A stretch of DNA of 54,097 nt from Chrysonvirus as5 (IMGVR_UViG_650627007_000001:171172-225268); one strand, 5' to 3'. Numbered from the stretch's first letter, positions 24,783 through 33,139 are shown. Numbers and translations are program-made. Notes: generated by a model not told the origin, from the letters alone.

Positions 24783-24811
24783 ACTATACACTACTATTTA
24801 GTGAGTGTAAA
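24783..24811 (-). promoter_or_regulatory. Nested promoter: TTTACA-N17-TATAGT with late CTAAATA inside the spacer
   Basis: gtttacactcactaaatagtagtgtatagt on minus. Confidence 0.75.
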
Positions 24812-24835
24812 CAAAGACTTCTTAATTTTTTAAAC

Positions 24836-24889
24836 AGGCTGACTTTTGGTTTCTATCCGCAAGAAAGTTTTGATTGCTGAACGCAGCCT
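24836..24889 (-). ncRNA. Small hairpin RNA with TTCAGCAA/AAAAG module
   Basis: AGGCTG-CGTTCAGCAATC ... AAAAGT-CAGCCT. Confidence 0.7.
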
Positions 24890-24896
24890 TAAAATC

Positions 24897-24925
24897 ATCT
24901 TAACACATCATCCATGTGTTGTAAA
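24897..24925 (-). promoter_or_regulatory. Early-type promoter TTTACA-N17-TAAGAT
   Basis: -10 box ends 7 nt before the AGGCTG stem. Confidence 0.7.
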
Positions 24926-24944
24926 CATCGTTTCTAACTTTATT

Positions 24945-25262
24945 TATGTCGTACTCCGACGACTTAGATAATGATAGCACGTTTGTTTATCATAGTAAAC
25001 TATCCTTATCGGCATATACTAGCATCACTTCTGATACTCACTCTTTCCTCCGAAGAGGTACTAGGCTTTCACTCCGTTTTAGGCTTACAGGATATGCCGA
25101 TAAAGACAGTCCGCATCGCAGTGTTAGCACGATTTCGGGGTTCCACTGCCACTAAACTTATTTAGTGTCTACTGTCAACCGGCTTTAGGTGGGTGTCGGT
25201 TCCGTCCAATCGAGCAATAACGCCACCGATATATGCTCGCATGATCTTACGGTTTATCTAAA
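24945..25262 (-). ncRNA. Putative structured noncoding region
   Basis: 12-bp inverted repeat 25006-25017/25092-25103, further hairpins, CTAAATA at 25159-25165. Confidence 0.45.
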
Positions 25263-25265
25263 AAC

Positions 25266-25487
25266 TTATTTATCGAAGTAATAAGGCTTACACTGTCCTT
25301 CGAATCCTGTTTTGCCACTGAGAATTCCAGAACTTTCTGGGAATTTAGTTTCCATTTCATAAATGGCAACTTTCAGCGCGGCACGACATTCATCTTCGGT
25401 ATCGAATTTCTCAATGCTATGACTAACAGAACCGAGACTTGCACCGTAATTAACGAACAGAGCGCCAATCAACAAGAACTTAATCAT
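25266..25487 (-). CDS. Small exported protein
   Basis: Hydrophobic N-terminus, two Cys; CTAAATA at 25498-25504. Confidence 0.7.
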   Translation of the reverse strand: MIKFLLIGALFVNYGASLGSVSHSIEKFDTEDECRAALKVAIYEMETKFPESSGILSGKTGFEGQCKPYYFDK

Positions 25488-25514
25488 ACTACACCCTTAT
25501 TTAGTAGTAAACTT

Positions 25515-25802
25515 TTAGTTGGTTTCGCAGGAATACACTTCTTTCACGCGAGTAACGGATTTCTTGGTGATGTTGATCGAACTACCTTGATACCAACGAG
25601 ATTCAGAGTCCAGAACTTTATCAACGACAGCCTCACTTTTCGGGAGCATAGCTTCAAAGCAAGTCTCACCCATCTTATCTTTCATATGCGACCAGATAGA
25701 CAGCGAGAAACGTTCCAGCTTGTTACAAACCTTTACACGGCACATTTCTTCGGCATTTGCACCGAAAGACAGCAGTGCCAGCAGAATTATAGCTTTCTTC
25801 AT
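25515..25802 (-). CDS. Exported Cys-containing protein
   Basis: Signal peptide MKKAIILLALLSFGANA. Confidence 0.75.
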   Translation of the reverse strand: MKKAIILLALLSFGANAEEMCRVKVCNKLERFSLSIWSHMKDKMGETCFEAMLPKSEAVVDKVLDSESRWYQGSSINITKKSVTRVKEVYSCETN

Positions 25803-26104
25803 TCTTCAATCTCCGATACTTTACCAGTCTTCACCAGATGATCCCAAAGTTTCTGATACGAAACATAGTGATTATCGGAATCACGACAACATGAACATCC
25901 AGTTTCAAAATACACGGTGATCCAGTTCATGTCAAGACTATATCCACGGCCATAGAAGTGACGACTACCATGGCTCGGTTTACCAAGATCATACTCGGTA
26001 ATTTCCTCAAGCGCATTGCCGATGCCGTCGGAGTCGATAAAGTCTTCCGGATTCTCTTGCTTGCGCAAAGCATCCATAAAGTCAAACAGATTTTCAATGT
26101 TCAT
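25799..26104 (-). CDS. Hypothetical acidic protein (101 aa)
   Basis: ORF track, coupled. Confidence 0.75.
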   Translation of the reverse strand: MNIENLFDFMDALRKQENPEDFIDSDGIGNALEEITEYDLGKPSHGSRHFYGRGYSLDMNWITVYFETGCSCCRDSDNHYVSYQKLWDHLVKTGKVSEIEE

Positions 26105-26178
26105 GATTATTTTCTCTTAGTTAAACACCATAGTAATACGTTATCGCATTAGTATGGTGGCTCTTTCGAGCCACGCAT

Positions 26179-27270
26179 TTATACTTCCTTGAACGTTACC
26201 AGTTTAACATTGTTGAAAATGCCATACTTGTCGCCAGATGCTACCAGCTCACCGGTTTCATTCCGTTTCAGATCGCAGGTATTGTTCCAATTAGGTTTAG
26301 TGTAATACTCGACATCATCTTTGTCAAGCAGAACATCAAACTTGGGCACAATTTCTACTGCTTGTTCTACATCATGATCATTGTGAACACCAGCAACCAT
26401 GATTCGAGTCATCAAATCGGCATGATACAGGTGATCGTAATCCTGACTACCATATTGCTGTGGATTGATCTCGATGTTGAGTTCACACAACATACTAACA
26501 AACTTGCGCATACCGATGTGCAGTTCTGGATTCGCGGCAGTCAACTTGATCACATAGTTGGTCATGTTGGCACACGAATACGGCCCCATGCAATTGTCAA
26601 CTGCTTGACTATATTCCCAAGAGAAACCCATGCTGAGATATTCATCGAACAAATTTTTGGTAAGTTCTTCACGAATGATCTCTGGTGCTTTCTCGATTTC
26701 TTCCATTCTGAACTTTACTTCTTCTTTAGTCAAGCGTTTTTTGTCCGGATCACGGATTTCCAGCTTGGCAAAAGTCTCACGAATCTTGGTATGAGACTCG
26801 ATAACATAATCTTTGTTCCACTGACTTTCGAACGTACTATCGAACTCCTCTACCATCAGATCATAGACTTTGCGCTTGATAACCATGAACATAACTGGCG
26901 CTGATTTTTCACCATAGAAAGTCATTACCGGATCAATTCGCAGATTGTTATCATGCATCAAGTCTTGATATTTCAGTTCTTCACCGAACAGTTCTTCAAC
27001 TGGTATACCATCTTCGTCCTTGACATAGTGCTTTGAAACCATGTCTTTAAACGCTTTATAAGCGTCGTTGTCTTCGATGTCGAAGTTACCATAGTCGTCA
27101 TATGTCGCGTACATCGGAAGATGCAGAGCGAACTTATAGCGATCCCATATATAGCAACCAGGGTCAGATGGAATTTTGTTACCAACTGGCAGAACAGCGA
27201 AAAGCACAACCGGCTCGCCGCAAGTGACAATATGGCGAGAAACGCCACAAATAGTATTAAATGAACCCAC
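26179..27270 (-). CDS. Hypothetical protein (363 aa)
   Basis: GGAG RBS; long ORF. Confidence 0.85.
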   Translation of the reverse strand: MGSFNTICGVSRHIVTCGEPVVLFAVLPVGNKIPSDPGCYIWDRYKFALHLPMYATYDDYGNFDIEDNDAYKAFKDMVSKHYVKDEDGIPVEELFGEELKYQDLMHDNNLRIDPVMTFYGEKSAPVMFMVIKRKVYDLMVEEFDSTFESQWNKDYVIESHTKIRETFAKLEIRDPDKKRLTKEEVKFRMEEIEKAPEIIREELTKNLFDEYLSMGFSWEYSQAVDNCMGPYSCANMTNYVIKLTAANPELHIGMRKFVSMLCELNIEINPQQYGSQDYDHLYHADLMTRIMVAGVHNDHDVEQAVEIVPKFDVLLDKDDVEYYTKPNWNNTCDLKRNETGELVASGDKYGIFNNVKLVTFKEV

Positions 27271-27284
27271 AACAATTCTCCGAT

Positions 27285-27308
27285 AAAAAAGCCCCAGTTA
27301 AGGGGCTT
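27285..27308 (-). terminator. Intrinsic terminator
   Basis: agcccc hairpin plus T6 on minus. Confidence 0.75.
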
Positions 27309-27315
27309 ATGAATT

Positions 27316-27705
27316 TTACTCGAAAGCTGCCAGAACAGCTTCGATGGACTCCTCGATTACGACGCGAGTCGGAACCATGTGTTCTTTCGGCTGAATGGAC
27401 AGAACAACGTCACCCTGTGCGGTTTCGTGCAGACCAACGATCTTGTCGGAAGCGACAACGAACTTGGCAACACCACGAGATTCAACCGGAGTAACAACGG
27501 CGCGCTTGATATAGCAATCTTTCAGCTTGGCAGCGATGTCTTCAAAACGCTCCTCGATCTGATAAGCACGCGGCATCTGACCTTCTACCTTGATGGTGAT
27601 GAAGACAGCGCCAGAATGAGTCTTGATCAGACCAACAACTTTCTCGGAGTTAGCAACAAAACGGGTTACATTACCAGCTACCGGGGATACGATAAAACGG
27701 GACAT
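27316..27705 (-). CDS. Two-repeat hypothetical protein
   Basis: Two ~63-aa similar halves (FV..S.K.VGL...G.V...I...IEE). Confidence 0.75.
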   Translation of the reverse strand: MSRFIVSPVAGNVTRFVANSEKVVGLIKTHSGAVFITIKVEGQMPRAYQIEERFEDIAAKLKDCYIKRAVVTPVESRGVAKFVVASDKIVGLHETAQGDVVLSIQPKEHMVPTRVVIEESIEAVLAAFE

Positions 27706-27714
27706 TATAGTTCC

Positions 27715-27933
27715 TTAAACAGTGATTGTGAAAACATGTTGGTCATTCTGAACCATTTCGAAACTGTTGTCAACGAAAATTTTATAGTTCATTTCTACCG
27801 ACATTTCAATATGAGCTTGTGCAGCTTCTAGCGCAACAACACTCGGGTATTCGTGACGTTCACCTGCGAAAATGCAGATACCATTCAAACCATAGACTCT
27901 GCCACTAAAGCTTCCGTCTTTACTTTGGTTCAT
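27715..27933 (-). CDS. Hypothetical protein
   Basis: Likely start MNQSKDG. Confidence 0.6.
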   Translation of the reverse strand: MNQSKDGSFSGRVYGLNGICIFAGERHEYPSVVALEAAQAHIEMSVEMNYKIFVDNSFEMVQNDQHVFTITV

Positions 27934-27968
27934 TATACAGATCAGTTTCAGAGTGTCAACCTTTTGTT

Positions 27969-28052
27969 TGGTGCGGGTAGTGGGACTCGAACCCACACGC
28001 CAGAAGCGGGAGATTTTAAGTCTCCTGCGGCTACCAATTACGCCATACCCAC
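27969..28052 (-). tRNA. tRNA-Leu(TAA)
   Basis: Cloverleaf, long V arm, CCA. Confidence 0.95.
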
Positions 28053-28057
28053 TAATT

Positions 28058-28142
28058 TGGTAGGAGATACCGGACTCGAACCGGTACGACTTTCGTCGGT
28101 AGATTTTGAATCTACTGCGGCTGCCAATTACGCCAATCTCCC
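28058..28142 (-). tRNA. tRNA-Leu(CAA)
   Basis: Cloverleaf, long V arm, CCA. Confidence 0.95.
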
Positions 28143-28235
28143 AAAAATCATGCCAGTCCGGATCTCTCTTGTGTAAATTTACATGAATTGAGTGTCAGAT
28201 CCGACTGGACTTATCTTGTTGTGTAAAACACATTG

Positions 28236-28309
28236 CCGAGGCGACTGGGCTCGAACCAGCGACCGTGTGCTTAGAAGGCACATGCTCTATCCAACTGAGC
28301 TACGCCCCG
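28236..28309 (-). tRNA. tRNA-Arg(TCT), CCA not encoded
   Basis: TGTGC-CTTCTAA-GCACA; full cloverleaf. Confidence 0.93.
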
Positions 28310-28334
28310 GCAATGTGTTCTTAAATGACTGGAA

Positions 28335-28832
28335 TCAGGGACTCCAGTCAAAATCTAAGTCTTCTGTGTATTCGTCTAGAATAACAGGTCTCTTATCGAG
28401 AGTAAAGCTTTTTGGCAAAACAAAATTAGGACCAACATCATAACTAACGGTAATGTGTGCATGATAGTCGGGATAATCATGAGTTGCTCCATGTTTCTCC
28501 CTGATCTCTTTGTGTCTAGCGCCAAACCAAGGATCGGTAAGCTTCAACACCATAGCACGTTTGCCGCTTTGTGTCACGAAAATGTCTGGGATAAAGCAGC
28601 CTTGAAGTTCTCGATGAATAGTACCACTTGCCTTGAAATCTGGCAAGTATTTTCTTGAGTAAATCAAAGTCGTGTGCAGCTTATCATAGGGTACCAGATT
28701 TGGTATACCCATTTCTCGACATCTTCTAACAATCGCCATTGCAGTGCGCGGCTTGTAGTTAACAGCTACATACGTGCCGCGCTCACTTTGTTCTGCCGCT
28801 TCCGTGATAAACTCAGAAAACGACCGAATCAT
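28335..28832 (-). CDS. 57B: gp57B 2H-phosphoesterase (Acb1 anti-CBASS family)
   Basis: HTTLIYS and HITVSY 2H motifs, GATHDYPDY, T4 position next to 57A. Confidence 0.9.
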   Translation of the reverse strand: MIRSFSEFITEAAEQSERGTYVAVNYKPRTAMAIVRRCREMGIPNLVPYDKLHTTLIYSRKYLPDFKASGTIHRELQGCFIPDIFVTQSGKRAMVLKLTDPWFGARHKEIREKHGATHDYPDYHAHITVSYDVGPNFVLPKSFTLDKRPVILDEYTEDLDFDWSP

Positions 28833-28833
28833 A

Positions 28834-29067
28834 TTAGACTACTTCGGCTTCTACTTCAACCGGAACTTTGGATTTCAGTTCAACGATCTTAGCAATGTAA
28901 GCTTCCGGTTGGGTAGCAGCTTCGCCTTCCAGGCCCAGCTCTTTGGCCAGTTGACCGAAGAAACCTTGATAAAACTCAGCTTCTTGAGTACGGGCTTCTT
29001 GTGCATCAAACAGACGAACTTTCAGAGTGTTCAGTTGGGATTGCAGTTGTTGTACTTGCTCTTGCAT
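28834..29067 (-). CDS. 57A: gp57A tail fiber assembly chaperone
   Basis: Coiled coil LKVRLFDAQE; synteny. Confidence 0.8.
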   Translation of the reverse strand: MQEQVQQLQSQLNTLKVRLFDAQEARTQEAEFYQGFFGQLAKELGLEGEAATQPEAYIAKIVELKSKVPVEVEAEVV

Positions 29068-29720
29068 TTCAATTCCTTGTATGTAGTTAAGACGTTATCA
29101 CAGAATGACGCTAAATCGGCATCATTGTGAATGATTGGTTCATGTTCTAACGGGTCCAATCCCCGTTCTGTGATGTGATTATCACACATTTTGGTGTCGC
29201 GATAAACAAACATCATACTACCGTTATTCCGTATGAACTCAATTTCGTGAGTCTGACGAATGTCCGGTATAATCATGACTTTATTTAGTGACGCTTTGAA
29301 TAATGGAATCATCCAATAGTTTGTATTGACTGCTACCATTACATCGGTACCAAGAGTTTGCATCATCCTACGAATTGTCCACGGCTCGTCATAATCAAGT
29401 TCATTGATAATTGCGACGGCTTTGGTCCAATCGTCCATATTCATTTGTTGATATGACAAGTGAAGATATCGTAGACATTCTAGCATCATTTCCCGAGTAA
29501 CGTAAAACAGATCGTTATCGCGATTGACGGAAGTTTTGCCGTCGAAATCATCAAACGAAAGACCGACTTGCCTACCAATACCAAAGTTAAGCGCGAGTTT
29601 AATAGGAAATGCCAAAGAATAAATCTCGGCATTTCCTCCAATATCAACTTCGTAATTTCTCATATAACGAGCGGCAGTATCTTTGCCGCTTCGCTTCTTA
29701 CCATGAATGCCAATTAACAT
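29031..29720 (-). CDS. 1: gp1 deoxynucleoside monophosphate kinase
   Basis: GKKRSGKDTAA, R..MQTLGTD, IPDIRQTHE; start MLIGIHG. Confidence 0.9.
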   Translation of the reverse strand: MLIGIHGKKRSGKDTAARYMRNYEVDIGGNAEIYSLAFPIKLALNFGIGRQVGLSFDDFDGKTSVNRDNDLFYVTREMMLECLRYLHLSYQQMNMDDWTKAVAIINELDYDEPWTIRRMMQTLGTDVMVAVNTNYWMIPLFKASLNKVMIIPDIRQTHEIEFIRNNGSMMFVYRDTKMCDNHITERGLDPLEHEPIIHNDADLASFCDNVLTTYKELKCKSKYNNCNPN

Positions 29721-29727
29721 AATAGCC

Positions 29728-30300
29728 TTATGCGTGTGAGTAGAACGGATGCAGCGACGGTGCACTGCCGTTTGAACCAACAGCATACGGACGTATTTCC
29801 ACTCCGTCTTTCTCAATCACAAAAGATTTATACATGAATTGGACAGGGAGAATAACAGGACTATTCGACTCGTCGGTATAGTTAAATTCAACTTCTCCCA
29901 AGTTAGACGGCCACGCATCAATAAACTTGAACGTGAGCACGATCTTTTTCTTCGAGTTGTCCAACACATGTAACAACAGAGTTCTAGGAACTGTGCCGTC
30001 TAACTGTGCTGTGCTGTTCATCTTTGCATAGTCTACTATAGAAAGTAGCCAACGGTAAACTTCGACATAAGCAGATAACTCCTCGTCAAGCAAAACGCGA
30101 ACGTTTAGAGGATCAAAGTCAACAGCAGTGCCTGGCAGTTTAGCTACAGTCATTGGATTAGTAGGTACTTCAATCGGATTAAGATTGATTCCAGGGATCG
30201 AAACGCCTTGCACTGCCATTTCAAACTTGATCGTTCCACCTGAATCGGGAATATCAAGTCTAAAATTCGTTACGTGTGCTGGGTTAGTAAAAACGGTCAT
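29728..30300 (-). CDS. 3: gp3 tail tube terminator
   Basis: TNFRLDIP, PG..VDFDPL.VR.LLDE, F.DAWPSNLGEVEF. Confidence 0.9.
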   Translation of the reverse strand: MTVFTNPAHVTNFRLDIPDSGGTIKFEMAVQGVSIPGINLNPIEVPTNPMTVAKLPGTAVDFDPLNVRVLLDEELSAYVEVYRWLLSIVDYAKMNSTAQLDGTVPRTLLLHVLDNSKKKIVLTFKFIDAWPSNLGEVEFNYTDESNSPVILPVQFMYKSFVIEKDGVEIRPYAVGSNGSAPSLHPFYSHA

Positions 30301-32168
30301 CTACTTTGTACTCCAAATGGCGCATGATTCGAATACATATTATCCGGTGCGAATGCAAACGGAGCAGATTGAATCGTGGTGTTATTGTTGTTTATTTGAG
30401 TCGAGTTAGCCATATAAGCCCTAGCCGCATCAGCATCCCGTTTTTTATCTCTAGCAGCTTTTGCTTCCTGTGCTTTTTTAACGGATTCTTCCGTGTTTTC
30501 AACTTGATCGCTTGCACTCGGCATACCAGCTTGAATATTAGAAACTGGGGTTAATTTCTCTTTCAAGAAATCACCAGCATTACCTACCATTTCATCAACT
30601 TTGCCGTCGCTAACATAATTCGCCAAGTCATATAGATCACTCAACAATAAAGCCGTACCAACGAACGGAATAAATTTCGTTGCAACTCTACCAACAACTT
30701 TAGCAGCACCCTTTAATCCAACTTTACCAGTCATACGTTTAAAGAAACTTTCACCACCTTCTTTAGCAGCAGTCTTAGCAGTCTTAGATGCCGCGTCTTC
30801 TGCAACCTCCGCTCCCGCTTTCTGACCAGCTCTCATATCGACATCAGGGGTTTTACCAGGCTCAATACTAGCCTTAGGCTTGCCGTTCGCATCAACTTCA
30901 ACAGTGGATCTTGGTTTACCAGGCTCTGCCTTTGTTTTTGACTTCGTATCAATGTCACCACTAGGCTTTTTCTTTCCGTCGATATCAACATCTGGCGTCT
31001 TTGTCTTGCCAAAGCTCGGGAATGCGCGTTGGAACAATCCCGATAAGGATCTAGTCATAGCAGAAGCTATGCCAGCTCCAAGCGATCCAAGCTTCATTAA
31101 GAGCGATCCAAAGCGAGTGAATAATCCGCCAGCGAGTCCACTAATAGAGGTTGCTAATCCAAGAAGCATTCTACCGATTCCACTAAGCAACATCATTTTG
31201 CCCAGATCTTTCAAAGTATCGATCAACGATTTATGACGCTTTTCATTTTCACCACGCTCGCGCTTGTTCTCGCCTCGCTCTTGTTTCTGTTCTTGCTCGC
31301 TCTTTTTGACTCTTTCTTCCTGTGCTTGTTGCTCACCAGTCCCAGTTGTATTGACTTCCGTTGTCGCTCGAAATTCTTTGACAGCCTTTTCTCGTTGTCG
31401 CTCGAAACGACTTTCTTTAAACTTCTCAACAGCATGTCCACCGACTTGTCTAACGAACTTACCAGTCCCCTTCGCCGCACCAGTCAATAAACTTTTTGCC
31501 TCGCGATATCCAGGAATATCTTTTACCAAAGCATTTTCTAAGCCAGATGTCATCATACTAGCAGCGTCTCTTAATCCGCCCATAGTCGATGAAACTATAC
31601 CTCTAGCAACAGATTCACCAACCTTTCGAGTAAATGACTTTGCTTCTTGTTCGGCTTCTTTGTTTTTCTTCTTTAAGTCCTCGAACTCTTTACGACTAGA
31701 TAGTCCTTTGGACTTCAAAAACTTTTTAAGTTCTTCGTCAACATCTTCCGGCTTTTTCGGTCTCTCAACTGGAGTTTCCTGTTCAGCAGGAGTTTCAACT
31801 GGCGTTGGTGTGCCAGGAGTTTGTTGACTCGCGACTTGCTCGGAGAATCTAATGATTTCTCCTTGCTTCGCGATTTTATTTTCCAGCTCCGTTCTACGCT
31901 GTAACGCTTTCTGATAATCAGACTCTATTTCTGCCGACGCTCGCTGACTATAGGCAACAGTATCAATATAATCCGTTGCCCTTTCAGTGGCTTTATTCTT
32001 GGCATTGATTGACTTAACTAGCCCATCTTCTGCCTTAGCGACATCGAGACTTGAATCGGTAGTCATATCGAATGCCGTTTCTAAGTCTCTAGCCTGTTTT
32101 CTAGTGTCGTCAAGCTGAACGGCTAATTTCAGGCTGGAATCTTCCAATATTTCATTGGCTTCTCTCAT
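30297..32168 (-). CDS. 29: gp29-like tape measure / baseplate hub protein
   Basis: 623 aa, charged helical and low-complexity; between gp51 and gp3. Confidence 0.65.
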   Translation of the reverse strand: MREANEILEDSSLKLAVQLDDTRKQARDLETAFDMTTDSSLDVAKAEDGLVKSINAKNKATERATDYIDTVAYSQRASAEIESDYQKALQRRTELENKIAKQGEIIRFSEQVASQQTPGTPTPVETPAEQETPVERPKKPEDVDEELKKFLKSKGLSSRKEFEDLKKKNKEAEQEAKSFTRKVGESVARGIVSSTMGGLRDAASMMTSGLENALVKDIPGYREAKSLLTGAAKGTGKFVRQVGGHAVEKFKESRFERQREKAVKEFRATTEVNTTGTGEQQAQEERVKKSEQEQKQERGENKRERGENEKRHKSLIDTLKDLGKMMLLSGIGRMLLGLATSISGLAGGLFTRFGSLLMKLGSLGAGIASAMTRSLSGLFQRAFPSFGKTKTPDVDIDGKKKPSGDIDTKSKTKAEPGKPRSTVEVDANGKPKASIEPGKTPDVDMRAGQKAGAEVAEDAASKTAKTAAKEGGESFFKRMTGKVGLKGAAKVVGRVATKFIPFVGTALLLSDLYDLANYVSDGKVDEMVGNAGDFLKEKLTPVSNIQAGMPSASDQVENTEESVKKAQEAKAARDKKRDADAARAYMANSTQINNNNTTIQSAPFAFAPDNMYSNHAPFGVQSR

Positions 32169-32347
32169 GATTCGTTTGCTTCCTTAGCTCGTTGTTTTAG
32201 ATCGTTAATATACAGAGTTTGATAAATGGTACGTTCGAACGGAGTTGTTAATTCCAATTCATCAATCGACCATCCCTCTTTGTGCATTCGATAATTGATA
32301 TTGAATAGATCGTATATCGAATCGTTAACGAGGGTCAGGCGAAAAAA
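32165..32347 (-). CDS. 51: gp51-like hub assembly protein frame (no clear own start)
   Basis: Hand translation LTLVNDSIYDLFNINYRMHKEGWSIDELELTTPFERTIYQTLYINDLKQRAKEANES; frame opens at TTTTTTC. Confidence 0.7.
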   Translation of the reverse strand, partial: FFRLTLVNDSIYDLFNINYRMHKEGWSIDELELTTPFERTIYQTLYINDLKQRAKEANES

Positions 32348-33114
32348 TCAGACAGACCTACCAGTCTAATTGGCTCAGCGTGTCCACAGTTAGGACATTT
32401 TAGAGCGATATCGAGAGTAGTCTGAGGAATATCGTTTACAAACTTAGCCATTTTTTCGTAGCCACTACTGTCGATATAGTCCAAGAGTTCGATCAACTCT
32501 GACGGCTGAATATCGACACCGACTTTCATAACGTCGGAATTTAAATGAACTTCCTCGACACAACGCATGGTAATATCGAACAAGTCAGATTCTTTTTCAA
32601 CATCAAAGAACTCAGATTCGTATACCGTTGGATAGCGCATAACAACGGAGAGTTTATCGCTGATCTTAACAACACTTTCCGGAATACGAGACAGTTTAGC
32701 TCTAGCCAGATTCGCATTGACTTTGATTTCTGCACCACACGGACGCATCATCTTATCGCCGTTAGGCAATAGAACAGGATTTCCTTCTTCGTCTGTAGCT
32801 TCGATCTCATTCTGACAGATAAACGTCACTGGAACGATGGAGGTGCCCTTAGACAGCTTCCATACAGCTAGATAGATAGTCTCTATGTCGAATATTGGCA
32901 ACGTGTCCAAATCGATTCCAGACGCATCAATGACGCAGTTCTTCAATACTTGAATCATAGCATCTTCCATAGAAGACCCTGATTCACTTGCCAACATCAA
33001 GATCTTGTACTCTTTCACCAAGAAAGCTCGCACCTTGATCTTTTTACCATTAGACAGTTTGACGCTTGATTGTTGAACAGCCTCAAGCAACATGTCTTTC
33101 GTGAATTTTGCCAT
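32335..33114 (-). CDS. 26: gp26 baseplate hub assembly protein
   Basis: RAFLVKEYKILM, LPIFDIE.IYL, MRYPT, CPNCGH...GLSDFF. Confidence 0.85.
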   Translation of the reverse strand: MAKFTKDMLLEAVQQSSVKLSNGKKIKVRAFLVKEYKILMLASESGSSMEDAMIQVLKNCVIDASGIDLDTLPIFDIETIYLAVWKLSKGTSIVPVTFICQNEIEATDEEGNPVLLPNGDKMMRPCGAEIKVNANLARAKLSRIPESVVKISDKLSVVMRYPTVYESEFFDVEKESDLFDITMRCVEEVHLNSDVMKVGVDIQPSELIELLDYIDSSGYEKMAKFVNDIPQTTLDIALKCPNCGHAEPIRLVGLSDFFA

Positions 33115-33139
33115 TTCATATCTCCTTAACGTATATCAC

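Noticed and set aside
24470-24890. CRISPR array
   Set aside because: Shared motifs are ~8-10 nt inside self-complementary stems, not 25-45-bp direct repeats with unique regular spacers; no cas genes.
10001-28309. HDV-like (theta) ribozymes at the 3' ends of CCA-less tRNAs
   Set aside because: Trailers are AT-rich and pair with the leader; no nested pseudoknot pattern recognised by eye.
30297-32168. Multiple overlapping plus-strand ORFs in the gp29-like gene
   Set aside because: By-products of low-complexity Ala/Lys/Glu-rich coding on the minus strand.
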